Below the pieces are notes generated by a model, which was given only the letters and a program-made list of their open reading frames with translations, made no database searches and was not told the origin of the DNA. From an uncultured PS1 clade bacterium (GTDB lineage Bacteria > Pseudomonadota > Alphaproteobacteria > MED-G09): a DNA stretch of 64,000 bases. The stretch lies in contig CACOFZ010000005.1 of assembly GCA_902626605.1 (NCBI GenBank), positions 9,373-73,372 on the forward strand, read 5' to 3'. Every line of letters starts with the position of its first letter. Position 1 is the stretch's first letter. Position numbers and translations under genes: made by a program. Shown here in pieces: positions 45,556 to 55,114 of this stretch.

Positions 45556-47040
45556 ATGAGCTACAAAATTTTAGACAAAACTAATAAATTTTTAAAAAAA
45601 AATCATAACCATATGATCAATGGAAATTGGCAAAACTCTTCCAATGATAGAATTTTGGATGTTATAAATCCTGCAACAAAAGAAGTTGTTTCAAAGGTTC
45701 AATTAGCTGGAAAAGATGAAGTGGATTTGGCATGTAAATCAGCTAGAGAGTCTTTCGATAAAGGTATTTGGAAAGATATGACCCCATCAAATAGGGGTAA
45801 AATATTATGGAAATGGGCAGATTTACTAGAGGAGAGGATCGATCAAATAATAGAGGTGGAAGTAATTGATAATGGAATGCCAGTTATAGTTGCCAAAACT
45901 TTTATTGGATGGGCTATTGATTGGATAAGATACTACTCCGGTATGGTTGATAAAGTAACTGGTGATAATTTTTCAAATGTTATAAGTGGTGATAATCAGA
46001 GATTTCATAGCTATACCTCTTATGAACCAGTTGGTGCCGTTGGAATAATAATTCCATGGAATGGACCTTTTGGTACATTCATTATTAAGGTAGCGCCTGC
46101 ATTAGCTGCAGGTTGTAGCTGTGTTGTAAAGCCTGCTGAAGACACCCCTTTAAACGCATTAATTATAGCCGAAACGGCAATAGAGGCCGGTATTCCGCCG
46201 GGCGTTTTAAATGTTATAATAGGCGACGGGAGTGCAGGTGAGCTTTTAGTCAAAAATTCTAATCTTGATAAGATTTCGTTTACAGGATCAACTGAAGTCG
46301 GCAAAAAAATTGTTAATCAATGCAGTAATGATTTAAAAAGGGTTACTCTTGAATTAGGAGGTAAATCACCATGCATAATTTTTAATGATGCAAATCTTGA
46401 TATAGCAATTCCTGGTGCTGCAATGGCAATTTTTAGTAATAGTGGTCAGGTTTGTTTTGCTGGCTCTCGTTTATTTATTCAAGAAGATATATATGATGAG
46501 GCTATCAGAGGAATTGCAGATTTTAGTAAAAATCTTAAAGTTGGAAATGGATTTGATGAGGATACTGTTCTTGGTCCTTTAATATCTAATTCACAACATA
46601 AAAAAGTTTCTGAATATGTTGATATTGGACTAAAAGAGGGTGCCGATATTATTTCTGGTGGATCTGTAGATGATGACAGTGGATTTTTTTTCAATCCAAC
46701 TGTTTTTGGAAAAGTTAACAAAGATATGCGAATTGCAAAAGAAGAAATTTTTGGACCTGTTTTAGCAGCTTGTTCATTCAGTTCTGTTGATGAAGTTGTT
46801 AATTTAGCAAATGATACTAGATATGGATTAGGTTCAGGTATTTTTTCTAATGATATAAATAAAGTTCATAATGTTGCTAATAGAATAAAAGCAGGAAATG
46901 TTTGGGTTAATCATTATGGAGGTATGCACCCGACCTTACCTTTTGGTGGTTATAAAGAATCTGGATGGGGAAGAGAATTAGGAATTGATGGTTTTAAAAC
47001 TTATTTAGAACAAAAAACAGTAAGCATAAAATTAGATTAA
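45556..47040 (+). CDS. Aldehyde dehydrogenase family protein
   Basis: LELGGKSP, SGQVCFAGSR, EEIFGPV and PFGGYKESG motifs. Confidence 0.93.
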   Translation: MSYKILDKTNKFLKKNHNHMINGNWQNSSNDRILDVINPATKEVVSKVQLAGKDEVDLACKSARESFDKGIWKDMTPSNRGKILWKWADLLEERIDQIIEVEVIDNGMPVIVAKTFIGWAIDWIRYYSGMVDKVTGDNFSNVISGDNQRFHSYTSYEPVGAVGIIIPWNGPFGTFIIKVAPALAAGCSCVVKPAEDTPLNALIIAETAIEAGIPPGVLNVIIGDGSAGELLVKNSNLDKISFTGSTEVGKKIVNQCSNDLKRVTLELGGKSPCIIFNDANLDIAIPGAAMAIFSNSGQVCFAGSRLFIQEDIYDEAIRGIADFSKNLKVGNGFDEDTVLGPLISNSQHKKVSEYVDIGLKEGADIISGGSVDDDSGFFFNPTVFGKVNKDMRIAKEEIFGPVLAACSFSSVDEVVNLANDTRYGLGSGIFSNDINKVHNVANRIKAGNVWVNHYGGMHPTLPFGGYKESGWGRELGIDGFKTYLEQKTVSIKLD

Positions 47041-47054
47041 TTCTCTATATTTAT

Positions 47055-48218
47055 ATGGATAAAATTATAAAAAAATTAGATTTAATGAGTAATGAAGAAT
47101 TGCATGATCCGTCAATATCAGCAAACAAATTACTAAATGGCGAAAGAGCTTTTTTTTATGATTTATATGATCCACCATTTTATATTTTATCTAGATATGA
47201 TGATATTAATAAAGCTCTTAGGGATCCTGATACTTTCCTAGAGGGGTATGGAAATGGACCTAATTTTATAAGTTCTAATGGAATTGTTTCAGATGGAGAT
47301 CATCATACTTTTATAAGACGAATTGTTCAGCCAAATTTTCTTATGGGATCAATTAGAAATTTAGAGACTAGACTCGAAGAAATAACTGATGATCTATTAA
47401 GCGATATAAATGATAGAGAGGTATGGGATATTCACGATGATTTATCATTTCCTTTGCCAGTTATTATTATTTGTGAAATTTTAGGAATACCAACTGATGA
47501 TATAAAAAAATTTAAAGGTTGGGCTGATGCAGCTGTTGCTCAAATGTGTAGTGAAGAGCCAGAAACTTTTGAAAAAGAACTTGATAAAATGAATGATTAT
47601 TTTTTATTATTAATTAATAAAAAAAGATCTATTCCCGAGGATGAATCATTAATTTCTAAGATAGCGAATTCCAAAATTAATGATAAATATCTAGCGGATG
47701 ATGAAGCAGTTCTTTTGATAAAGCAAATATTTGTTGCTGGTAACGAAACAACTACGTCATTAATTTCTAATTTAGTATGGAGAATGCTAAGCATTGATAA
47801 TCTTTGGGAGGATTTTGTAAATGATAGATTGGAAATTGATGGTCTTATAAGCGAAAGCTTAAGATATGACCCTCCATTATTAGGATTATTTAAAACAACT
47901 TCAAGAGACGTTACTTATGATAATGTAACAATTCCATCAAATACTAAAGTGATGATGCATTATGGTGCAGCTAATAGAGACAGTGAAATTTTCGATAATC
48001 CTAATAAGTTTGACTCTACAAGGGATGGAAAAAAAGTTATATCATTTAGCGTGGGTATACATATTTGTCTTGGAAGAGAATTAGCTAAATTAGAAACAAG
48101 AGTTGCCTTAAGAGCTCTTAGAAAAAAATTCCCTAATTTAAAATTAATTAATAATGGTCAAAGAGTAGGTCCATTTCTTTTTTGGGGTAGAAGTAAATTA
48201 CCAGTTTCACATAACTAA
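47055..48218 (+). CDS. Cytochrome P450
   Basis: AGNETTT, ESLRY and heme loop FSVGIHICLGRELA. Confidence 0.9.
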   Translation: MDKIIKKLDLMSNEELHDPSISANKLLNGERAFFYDLYDPPFYILSRYDDINKALRDPDTFLEGYGNGPNFISSNGIVSDGDHHTFIRRIVQPNFLMGSIRNLETRLEEITDDLLSDINDREVWDIHDDLSFPLPVIIICEILGIPTDDIKKFKGWADAAVAQMCSEEPETFEKELDKMNDYFLLLINKKRSIPEDESLISKIANSKINDKYLADDEAVLLIKQIFVAGNETTTSLISNLVWRMLSIDNLWEDFVNDRLEIDGLISESLRYDPPLLGLFKTTSRDVTYDNVTIPSNTKVMMHYGAANRDSEIFDNPNKFDSTRDGKKVISFSVGIHICLGRELAKLETRVALRALRKKFPNLKLINNGQRVGPFLFWGRSKLPVSHN

Positions 48219-48235
48219 TCTTTAGAAGGTATAAA

Positions 48236-48832
48236 ATGGAAATCTTCAAAAAACTAAATAATGATCATATAAATTTTATTCAAAAACAAAAAGTATTTTT
48301 TGTTGCTACGGCTGTTGCTGATGGAAGAATAAACCTTTCACCAAAAGGTTTAGATAGTCTTAGAGTTTTGGATAACAATAGGATTTTATGGCTAAATCTA
48401 ACCGGTAGTGGAAATGAAACTTCTGCGCACGTTCAAAAAAGCTCAAGAATGACTATTATGATGAATGCTTTTGAGGGAAAACCTCTTATTTTGAGAATTT
48501 ATGGTGAAGCTAAAGTAATTCATCATCTTGATAATGAATGGGCTGAATTGATAGATCTTTTTCCATATTCTGAGGGTTCTAGACAGATTTTTGATTTATC
48601 AATATCTTCAGTTCAAACATCTTGCGGATGGGCTGTTCCTGAATATAGGTTTATTAAAGAAAGAAATATTTTAGATAAATCCAATAAAGTTGCAGGAGAA
48701 AAAGGAATAAGAAAATACTGGAAGAAGGCAAACACACTTTCAATTGATGGAATTAAAACCAATATTATCGAAAAAAATATTGGTAAAAGTTTTCTAAGTT
48801 CTATTTCCTTTAATAAAAAAGAAAAAACCTAG
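48236..48832 (+). CDS. Pyridoxamine 5'-phosphate oxidase family protein
   Basis: FFVATAVADGRINLSPKG split-barrel pattern. Confidence 0.7.
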   Translation: MEIFKKLNNDHINFIQKQKVFFVATAVADGRINLSPKGLDSLRVLDNNRILWLNLTGSGNETSAHVQKSSRMTIMMNAFEGKPLILRIYGEAKVIHHLDNEWAELIDLFPYSEGSRQIFDLSISSVQTSCGWAVPEYRFIKERNILDKSNKVAGEKGIRKYWKKANTLSIDGIKTNIIEKNIGKSFLSSISFNKKEKT

Positions 48833-49240
48833 AATTAATAAGAAAAGTTGCTCACTAGCAAATAATACTGAACCTCTATCGCCTATAAAAATACTCCAAT
48901 TAGAATGGGCTATAAATAAGGCATTTATCATAATTATAAAAATAGTTAATCCAGATAATTTAGTAATTAAATTTGCTATGGTTGGTTTAATTTTAAATAA
49001 TAATCCGCCTAAAATTATACCTATTCCAGCTAAAATTTCACCCCAAGCCACCAAATAAGCAAGTATGTTTGCTAGCGGAACTCCTTTAGAGGCTAAAAAG
49101 TCGATAAAGCCCTGACTTATTGGAAGCTTTCCATAGCCATGAAGAATGAAAGAAACTCCTAATCCAAAGCGAACAATGAAGTCTCCAATTAATAAAAATG
49201 GTTCTGTTATTGAGTTAATTAAATTATTAATTTTTTCCAT
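48794..49240 (-). CDS. DoxX family membrane protein
   Basis: RFGLGVSFILHGYGKL motif; four TM segments. Confidence 0.7.
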   Translation of the reverse strand: MEKINNLINSITEPFLLIGDFIVRFGLGVSFILHGYGKLPISQGFIDFLASKGVPLANILAYLVAWGEILAGIGIILGGLLFKIKPTIANLITKLSGLTIFIIMINALFIAHSNWSIFIGDRGSVLFASEQLFLLILGFFFFIKGNRT

Positions 49241-49335
49241 TACAATTCCATAATAGTTTATTTAAAATCAAAACACATAATTTTACTAGAGTTTTTTCTA
49301 ATATCTTATTAATACTTTGATTGATAGAATAACCT

Positions 49336-49914
49336 ATGAAAAAAAGATGCTTATGGCCTGGTGATGACGATTTATATATTCGTTACCATGATGAAGAGTG
49401 GGGTGTTCCTGTTCATGAAGATAGAGTTTTATTTGAAAATCTCTGCTTAGAAGGACAACAAGCAGGTTTAAGTTGGATAACTGTACTTAAGAAGCGAGAT
49501 AATTACAGGAAAGCTTTCCATAATTTCAATATTAAAAAAGTATCTCTTATGAGTGATAATGATATTCTAGTTCTTTTATCTAATGATGGTTTAATTAAAA
49601 ATAAATTAAAGTTATTTTCAATAAGAAATAATGCAATCGCTTTTCAAATTATTCAAAAAAATTTTGGAAGTTTTAATAATTATATTTGGTCTCATAAAAC
49701 TGATAAAATTATTCAATTAAAAGATAAAAATACTTTAGATTTATCAACTAAATTATTGTTAAGTAATAGTATTTCTAAGGATCTAAAAAAATGGGGTTTT
49801 AAATTTATCGGACCCACAATTTGTTATGCTTACCTTCAGGCTATAGGTATTATAAATGACCATGAGACTGATTGTTTTCGTTACAATGAAATTAAAAGAC
49901 TATATAATGGCTAA
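49336..49914 (+). CDS. tag: DNA-3-methyladenine glycosylase I
   Basis: RCLWPGDDDLYIRYHDEEWGVP, QAGLSWITVLKKR and the C-terminal HxxxC zinc motif. Confidence 0.92.
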   Translation: MKKRCLWPGDDDLYIRYHDEEWGVPVHEDRVLFENLCLEGQQAGLSWITVLKKRDNYRKAFHNFNIKKVSLMSDNDILVLLSNDGLIKNKLKLFSIRNNAIAFQIIQKNFGSFNNYIWSHKTDKIIQLKDKNTLDLSTKLLLSNSISKDLKKWGFKFIGPTICYAYLQAIGIINDHETDCFRYNEIKRLYNG

Positions 49915-49934
49915 AAAACAATAAGGAGAATGAA

Positions 49935-50864
49935 TTGAGATTTTTTCTAACCATATTTTTAAGTATATTTATTCTTTCGTTGAACGCTGAAGAATGCGAG
50001 GTCTCAAATTGGGGTCCAGCTGATGAAATTGGAAATGCAAATTTAATAACTCCAAATTCGATTTTAAAAGCTTCAAAATTAATAAAAACAGGAAAAACTT
50101 ATAGTTTGGGTATAGTTATCGATGCTAATACACCTGCTTATCCGCCTAGATCACTATCTCTTCAAGTAGTTCAACCCGATCAACAATTTGGTAATCAGTC
50201 ATCGCCTAATTCTACCTATAATGACGATATTTTTCAGGGTTGGTTTGGAATTGGCTCTCAATTAGATGGTCTTGGGCATTTAGGCGGCCCTGATGGCACT
50301 TTTTACAATTGCAACAAAGGAAAGGACTTTGCAAAAATAAATGGGCTTACAAAACTTGGTATAGAGACTGTTCCCCCCATAGTTGCTAGAGGGATAATTT
50401 TAGATATGGCTAAACATTTTGGTGTTGAGTATTTAGAGGCTGGTCGATCTTTTTCAGTTGAAGATGTAAAAGCAGTTGAAAGGAAACAAGGTACGCCAAT
50501 TAAAAAAGGCGATGTTGTAATCTTTCATACTGGTTGGATAGATGCAAAATTAGATAAAGAGCCAGAGGTTTGGGGCTCTGGAGAGCCTGGTCAAAGTCCA
50601 GAAGTTGCAGAATATCTTGCTTCCAAGGAAGTAGTTGCAGTTGGAGCTGATAATTGGGGTTTAGATGTTATACCACCCAAAGATATGAATAAAGCATTTC
50701 AAGGGCATGTAATATTATTAAAAGAAAATGGTATTTATATTCTCGAGGCTATGAATACTGGACCGCTTGTAAAAGATAAAGCTCTTGAATTTCTTTTTGT
50801 ACTTGGTCATGCAAAGGTAAGAGGTGCTGTCCAAATGATAATCAACCCAATTGCAATTAAATAG
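49935..50864 (+). CDS. Cyclase family protein (kynurenine formamidase-like), exported
   Basis: TTG start, signal peptide, GSQLDGLGH and FHTGW patterns. Confidence 0.6.
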   Translation: MRFFLTIFLSIFILSLNAEECEVSNWGPADEIGNANLITPNSILKASKLIKTGKTYSLGIVIDANTPAYPPRSLSLQVVQPDQQFGNQSSPNSTYNDDIFQGWFGIGSQLDGLGHLGGPDGTFYNCNKGKDFAKINGLTKLGIETVPPIVARGIILDMAKHFGVEYLEAGRSFSVEDVKAVERKQGTPIKKGDVVIFHTGWIDAKLDKEPEVWGSGEPGQSPEVAEYLASKEVVAVGADNWGLDVIPPKDMNKAFQGHVILLKENGIYILEAMNTGPLVKDKALEFLFVLGHAKVRGAVQMIINPIAIK

Positions 50865-50866
50865 AG

Positions 50867-51838
50867 ATGAAAATACTAAAAAAACAAAATTCTTTCATTA
50901 TTGCATTATTTCTCTCTTTAGCTTTTTTCATAGTTTATTTAATCTTAGCTAAGTCAGGATTAATTATTACTTTAGAACCTAATTTATCAGTTGGTGATGT
51001 TTCTCGCTGGTGTGAAAGAGTTAGCCCCAGTATCTTCCGTGAACCTGTAAATGCTTTCAGCAACGTAGGTTTTATGATTACTGGGCTTATAATGTTTTGG
51101 ATTTTGTCTAAGGACAATACTAACAAAACACAATTAAATGATTTTACTGGTTTAACAAATATTTCAGTCTTATACGCTAGTGTAGTCATTTTTCTTGGTC
51201 CAGGATCTTTTTTAATGCATGGAACTCATTCTTATTGGGGTCAATGGATTGATAATGTAAGTATGGTTACTTATATCATTGTTCCTTGGTTATATAATTT
51301 AAAGGAATTAGGAAGATGGTCTACAAAAAGATTTTTCACAACCTATGTTCTAATAGTATTTCTATTCTCTCTGTTAAGTTGGTTTTTTGGAACAAATATG
51401 GGTATCAATCTTGATCTATTTGGAGTTTCAATAGCTTTATGGATTATATCAGAGTTTCTTTATAAATTTTGGGGAAGAATTAATAAATGGTACTCAGGTT
51501 TTATTGGCTTCTTGGTTGCAAGTATTTTTGGAATTTTTCCAACTGAAATTTTTGGAAACATTATTAATTATTGGTGGATAATACTTTTTTGGCTTCCTGC
51601 TTTATTATCAAATACTCCTCCAACAAAGTTAAGAACTTATAATCCGTGGTTTTTTCTAGGAATGGTGAGCTATATTGTTGCTTTTATAATTTGGCTTCAA
51701 GGATATCCCGATACAAGATTTTGTGACCCTGACTCAATAATTCAACCCCATGGTATTTGGCATTTAATTACAGCTTTTGCAACTTGGTGTTTCTTTAAAT
51801 TTTATAGAACAGAAAGAGTTATAGAATCTCAAAGTTAA
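50867..51838 (+). CDS. Ceramidase-like integral membrane protein
   Basis: Seven TM segments; NAFSN, HGTHSYWGQWIDNVSM and HGIWH motifs. Confidence 0.45.
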   Translation: MKILKKQNSFIIALFLSLAFFIVYLILAKSGLIITLEPNLSVGDVSRWCERVSPSIFREPVNAFSNVGFMITGLIMFWILSKDNTNKTQLNDFTGLTNISVLYASVVIFLGPGSFLMHGTHSYWGQWIDNVSMVTYIIVPWLYNLKELGRWSTKRFFTTYVLIVFLFSLLSWFFGTNMGINLDLFGVSIALWIISEFLYKFWGRINKWYSGFIGFLVASIFGIFPTEIFGNIINYWWIILFWLPALLSNTPPTKLRTYNPWFFLGMVSYIVAFIIWLQGYPDTRFCDPDSIIQPHGIWHLITAFATWCFFKFYRTERVIESQS

Positions 51839-52115
51839 AAGGATATCTATAAATCAAAAAAGCTCTGTTAACATTTGTATTTAATGGAAATTTTTTATCA
51901 CAAAACTCAGACTCAGTTTTTTTATTATCTGATGAAAAAGTAATAAATTTATCAGAGATATCTTTAATTCTTTTTACGATAAATTTTTTATCACCAGATG
52001 AAGCTACAACGACATTGTTTTTCTTTATTTTATTAATTTTTAGAGTTAGCAGATAATCGTTATGCTTTATAGTTGGAAGCATGCTAGTACCCTGAACTTT
52101 GAAAATTTTAAACAC
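51819..52115 (-). CDS. sodX: Nickel-SOD maturation protease (S26 signal-peptidase-like)
   Basis: GTSMLPT catalytic Ser motif and KRI Lys motif. GTG start overlaps the sodN stop by 8 nt. Confidence 0.85.
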   Translation of the reverse strand: MFKIFKVQGTSMLPTIKHNDYLLTLKINKIKKNNVVVASSGDKKFIVKRIKDISDKFITFSSDNKKTESEFCDKKFPLNTNVNRAFLIYRYPFNFEIL

Positions 52116-52581
52116 TATCTAATTTAGGTCTGGAAACGATAAGTTCAGGAGGGTAGGGGCAAACAACATTTTCAGTTTCAATACCTTTAGTTGACCAAAA
52201 AATTGTAGCAAATTCATTAACTTTTTTAACCAACTCCTCTGCATTTTCCCTAATAACATCTTGCTTACATTTAGAGGCTGTCATCATTATTTCATGAACT
52301 AATGTATGAACATTAGGATGAGCTTCAATTTGCGGGGCTTTAAAATAGTCGCCCCAAATTATATTAACTTCATTTTTAACAATTTTTGCTTGAGCTTCTT
52401 TCTCTATAACTAAACGAGATCTGTGAGCAATTGATTTAAGACTATTATCATTTTCATCAATTTCGTGAAGAAGATCAATTAACCTTACTACACTTAACGC
52501 TGCAACCTGAGATATCGCAGGGTCATATATTTTACATGGAATATCACAATGTGCCTCTGCTATTTGAAAATCTTTAAACAT
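52108..52581 (-). CDS. sodN: Nickel-containing superoxide dismutase precursor
   Basis: Propeptide MFKDFQIAEA, then the nickel hook HCDIPCKIYDP. Confidence 0.93.
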   Translation of the reverse strand: MFKDFQIAEAHCDIPCKIYDPAISQVAALSVVRLIDLLHEIDENDNSLKSIAHRSRLVIEKEAQAKIVKNEVNIIWGDYFKAPQIEAHPNVHTLVHEIMMTASKCKQDVIRENAEELVKKVNEFATIFWSTKGIETENVVCPYPPELIVSRPKLDSV

Positions 52582-52586
52582 ATAAA

Positions 52587-52787
52587 TTATCCTTTCTTTT
52601 CAATATTACTTAATGCATTTTTTGTTATTTTTTTTATGGCAAAAAACATACCAGTTAAAAATAAAATTGCTAAAATTGAAGAAAATATAGAATTTACTTC
52701 AGGATGAAAATAAGCATTTTCATGACCTGGATGGGCCATAACATTAATTGAGAATAATAAAATAAACGTAAAAATAGAAATTTTCAT
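52587..52787 (-). CDS. Small His-containing membrane-anchored protein (66 aa)
   Basis: Signal peptide ending VMA, then HPGHENAYFHPE, then one TM helix. Sits 5 nt upstream of sodN and 19 nt downstream of the TBDR. Confidence 0.6.
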   Translation of the reverse strand: MKISIFTFILLFSINVMAHPGHENAYFHPEVNSIFSSILAILFLTGMFFAIKKITKNALSNIEKKG

Positions 52788-52806
52788 AATTTTTAATACC
52801 TTTTAA

Positions 52807-55020
52807 TTAAAATAGATACTTAATTGAAGCACTTATTGTTCTTCCGGAATTTACATAAAGATCTAATTCAGGATCATTCTCTGCTTTTCCATTAACTGAT
52901 GCCCAGTCCCAATATTTTTTATCAGTAAGATTTCTGACTGCAAGATTTGCAAATACTTTTTCACTGATATTAAAATTGAAGAATAAGTCATAAGTGACCC
53001 TTCCCGGAAGCTCTAATAATTTATTACATCCTCCTCTTCCGCAAACAGGAGCTAAACCATCAATACTTTTTTCAGAGATATTTGCAATTCCCTTGATATT
53101 GAAGCCTCCATTATCAGAAACCCAGCTTAAACCTAAAATGGTTTGATCAGGATCAATTGATATTAGCTCTTCATTATTTTCCTCACCTTCTGTGTTTGTA
53201 TGACCCAAGTATAGTGAATAATTGTCATTTATTATGGCCTGTAATTCAAATTCAAAACCATCGATTGTAACGTCATTAAGATTTACATATTTATATAAAC
53301 TTATTCCTTGAGGTGACCTTCCAGTTAATCGAGTTTCAATGAAATCTTTATAGTCATTTTCAAAATAAACTAATGACCAGTTTAGTTTTGAGTTTCCTAA
53401 TGAATTATTTCCTCTAATACCTATTTCATATCCCTCACTTTCTTCGGCTTCGAGATCTGGATTTGGCATTACGCTGTATCGGAATGCAAAATTTGTAAAT
53501 GATATATTTGCACTCTCATAATCAGGACTTCTAAAACCTTCAGCGTACTGAGCAAATAGAGAAATATTGTTATTTAAATCATAAATAAATCCTAATTTGG
53601 ATGAAATGGAACTGTCATCTATATAAGAAAGCTCATTTCTAGCTACATTACTTCTGTTAAATAGCTCATCGACTGATGGCTTAAGTTCATATGAGTCATA
53701 TCTTGCCCCTATAACAATAGTTGCTTTTGGAGTTATTTCAATTCTATCAGAAAAATAAATACCCTGTCGTATAGTTTCTGTATCAGGAAATGTTTTATCA
53801 GGATAAGTGTGACCACCAATATTATAATTTAATTGTCTGGTCATTAAATTTGTTTCATACCTATACCTTGGTCTTTCAACTTCAATTGACTCATACTCAA
53901 ATCCATAAACAATTTGATGTTTAACACCTGAAGATTGAGCAATTTCTTTATAAAACTCAGAGGAAAATCCAAATATTTCCTGGTTAAATTGAAAATTTTG
54001 ATATTCAGAAAATGGTGTTGGTCTAGCTCGCATACCCATTGCAAAAACTAATTTCGATTTATTTGTTACTTGGTCTTGTTCAGTATTTTGAGCGAAAACT
54101 GTAATTCTTCCATTATCAAAAAACATATTTTGGTTATTGAAGCCCAGTTCAGCAGAAAATCTATGCCTTGATGACTCATCATTACCTAATGCTGAGGAGG
54201 TTTGAGTAGGTATAGGAAAGAAACTAAAACCTGTTTCAGTTTGAAGATCCCATTCATTTTCCCACTCTTGAATATCAATTGTAAAAGTTAAATCAATTGA
54301 TTCAGTAAGTAGAAATTTAATTTTTGATAAGATACTATTAGATTCACCATTCATTTCATTAGGTTCAGTTTTTACATAATCGTGAAGATTTCTTTCATTC
54401 ATATCTCTTCTTGTAATCTGAATAAGGCCTTCTATTTTATTTCCAACGAAGGCCGATAAGAAGCCATATTTTGTTCCATCATTTGCTTCATCATACGACG
54501 CTGTAGCTGAAAAGAATGGATTATTTAAATCAGCTAAATCAGATGCATCTTTTGTAGTAAAGGAAATTGCTCCAGCTAATCCATCAGAACCGTATAATGC
54601 TGAACTTGGTCCTTTTAATATTTCTACCTTTTTAACTAAATCTACATCAACTACATCTCTACCATATCCAACATAAGAGTCAGGAATTCTTACTCCATCA
54701 ATAATTACATTTACTCTTTTTCCGCCTAATCCTCTTATTCTAAATCCTTCATTGAATATTCTTCCATAGCCGTCACTCCTTGGAGCAGTAACACCAATTG
54801 TATTTTCTATTAAATCTACAATGTTATTAACAACCCTATTTTCAATATCATCGGATTTAATTAAAGATACTGATCCAATAACTTCACTCAGTGGAATAGG
54901 GGCTCTCGATGAAATTACTGTTATTTCCTCGATATCTTTACTCTCTTGTGCTATAGCAAAACTATTAAAAGCAAAAATAACTACTAAAAATCTTACAAAT
55001 GAATTGGTGTAATTTTTCAT
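52807..55020 (-). CDS. TonB-dependent receptor (heme or metal; substrate unresolved)
   Basis: Signal peptide, plug motifs (RIRGLGGKRVNVIIDG, VEILKGPSSALYGSDG), GFRSP / NPDLEAE blocks, C-terminal KYLF. Confidence 0.9.
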   Translation of the reverse strand: MKNYTNSFVRFLVVIFAFNSFAIAQESKDIEEITVISSRAPIPLSEVIGSVSLIKSDDIENRVVNNIVDLIENTIGVTAPRSDGYGRIFNEGFRIRGLGGKRVNVIIDGVRIPDSYVGYGRDVVDVDLVKKVEILKGPSSALYGSDGLAGAISFTTKDASDLADLNNPFFSATASYDEANDGTKYGFLSAFVGNKIEGLIQITRRDMNERNLHDYVKTEPNEMNGESNSILSKIKFLLTESIDLTFTIDIQEWENEWDLQTETGFSFFPIPTQTSSALGNDESSRHRFSAELGFNNQNMFFDNGRITVFAQNTEQDQVTNKSKLVFAMGMRARPTPFSEYQNFQFNQEIFGFSSEFYKEIAQSSGVKHQIVYGFEYESIEVERPRYRYETNLMTRQLNYNIGGHTYPDKTFPDTETIRQGIYFSDRIEITPKATIVIGARYDSYELKPSVDELFNRSNVARNELSYIDDSSISSKLGFIYDLNNNISLFAQYAEGFRSPDYESANISFTNFAFRYSVMPNPDLEAEESEGYEIGIRGNNSLGNSKLNWSLVYFENDYKDFIETRLTGRSPQGISLYKYVNLNDVTIDGFEFELQAIINDNYSLYLGHTNTEGEENNEELISIDPDQTILGLSWVSDNGGFNIKGIANISEKSIDGLAPVCGRGGCNKLLELPGRVTYDLFFNFNISEKVFANLAVRNLTDKKYWDWASVNGKAENDPELDLYVNSGRTISASIKYLF

Positions 55021-55043
55021 AATATAAATCCTTTTATTTTCAA

Positions 55044-55073
55044 TTGAGAATGAGAATCATTATCATTTACAAT
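55044..55073 (+). promoter_or_regulatory. Candidate sigma-70 promoter for hmuT, overlapped by the Fur box
   Basis: TTGAGA (55044-55049), 18-nt spacer, TACAAT (55068-55073), about 40 nt upstream of the ATG. Confidence 0.45.
55046..55064. promoter_or_regulatory. Fur box in the divergent TBDR / hmuT promoter region
   Basis: GAGAATGAGAATCATTATC matches the 19-bp consensus GATAATGATAATCATTATC at 17 of 19 positions. Confidence 0.75.
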
Positions 55074-55114
55074 TTTATATAATGTATTTATAACTAAGGT
55101 TCAAGGAATAAGTC

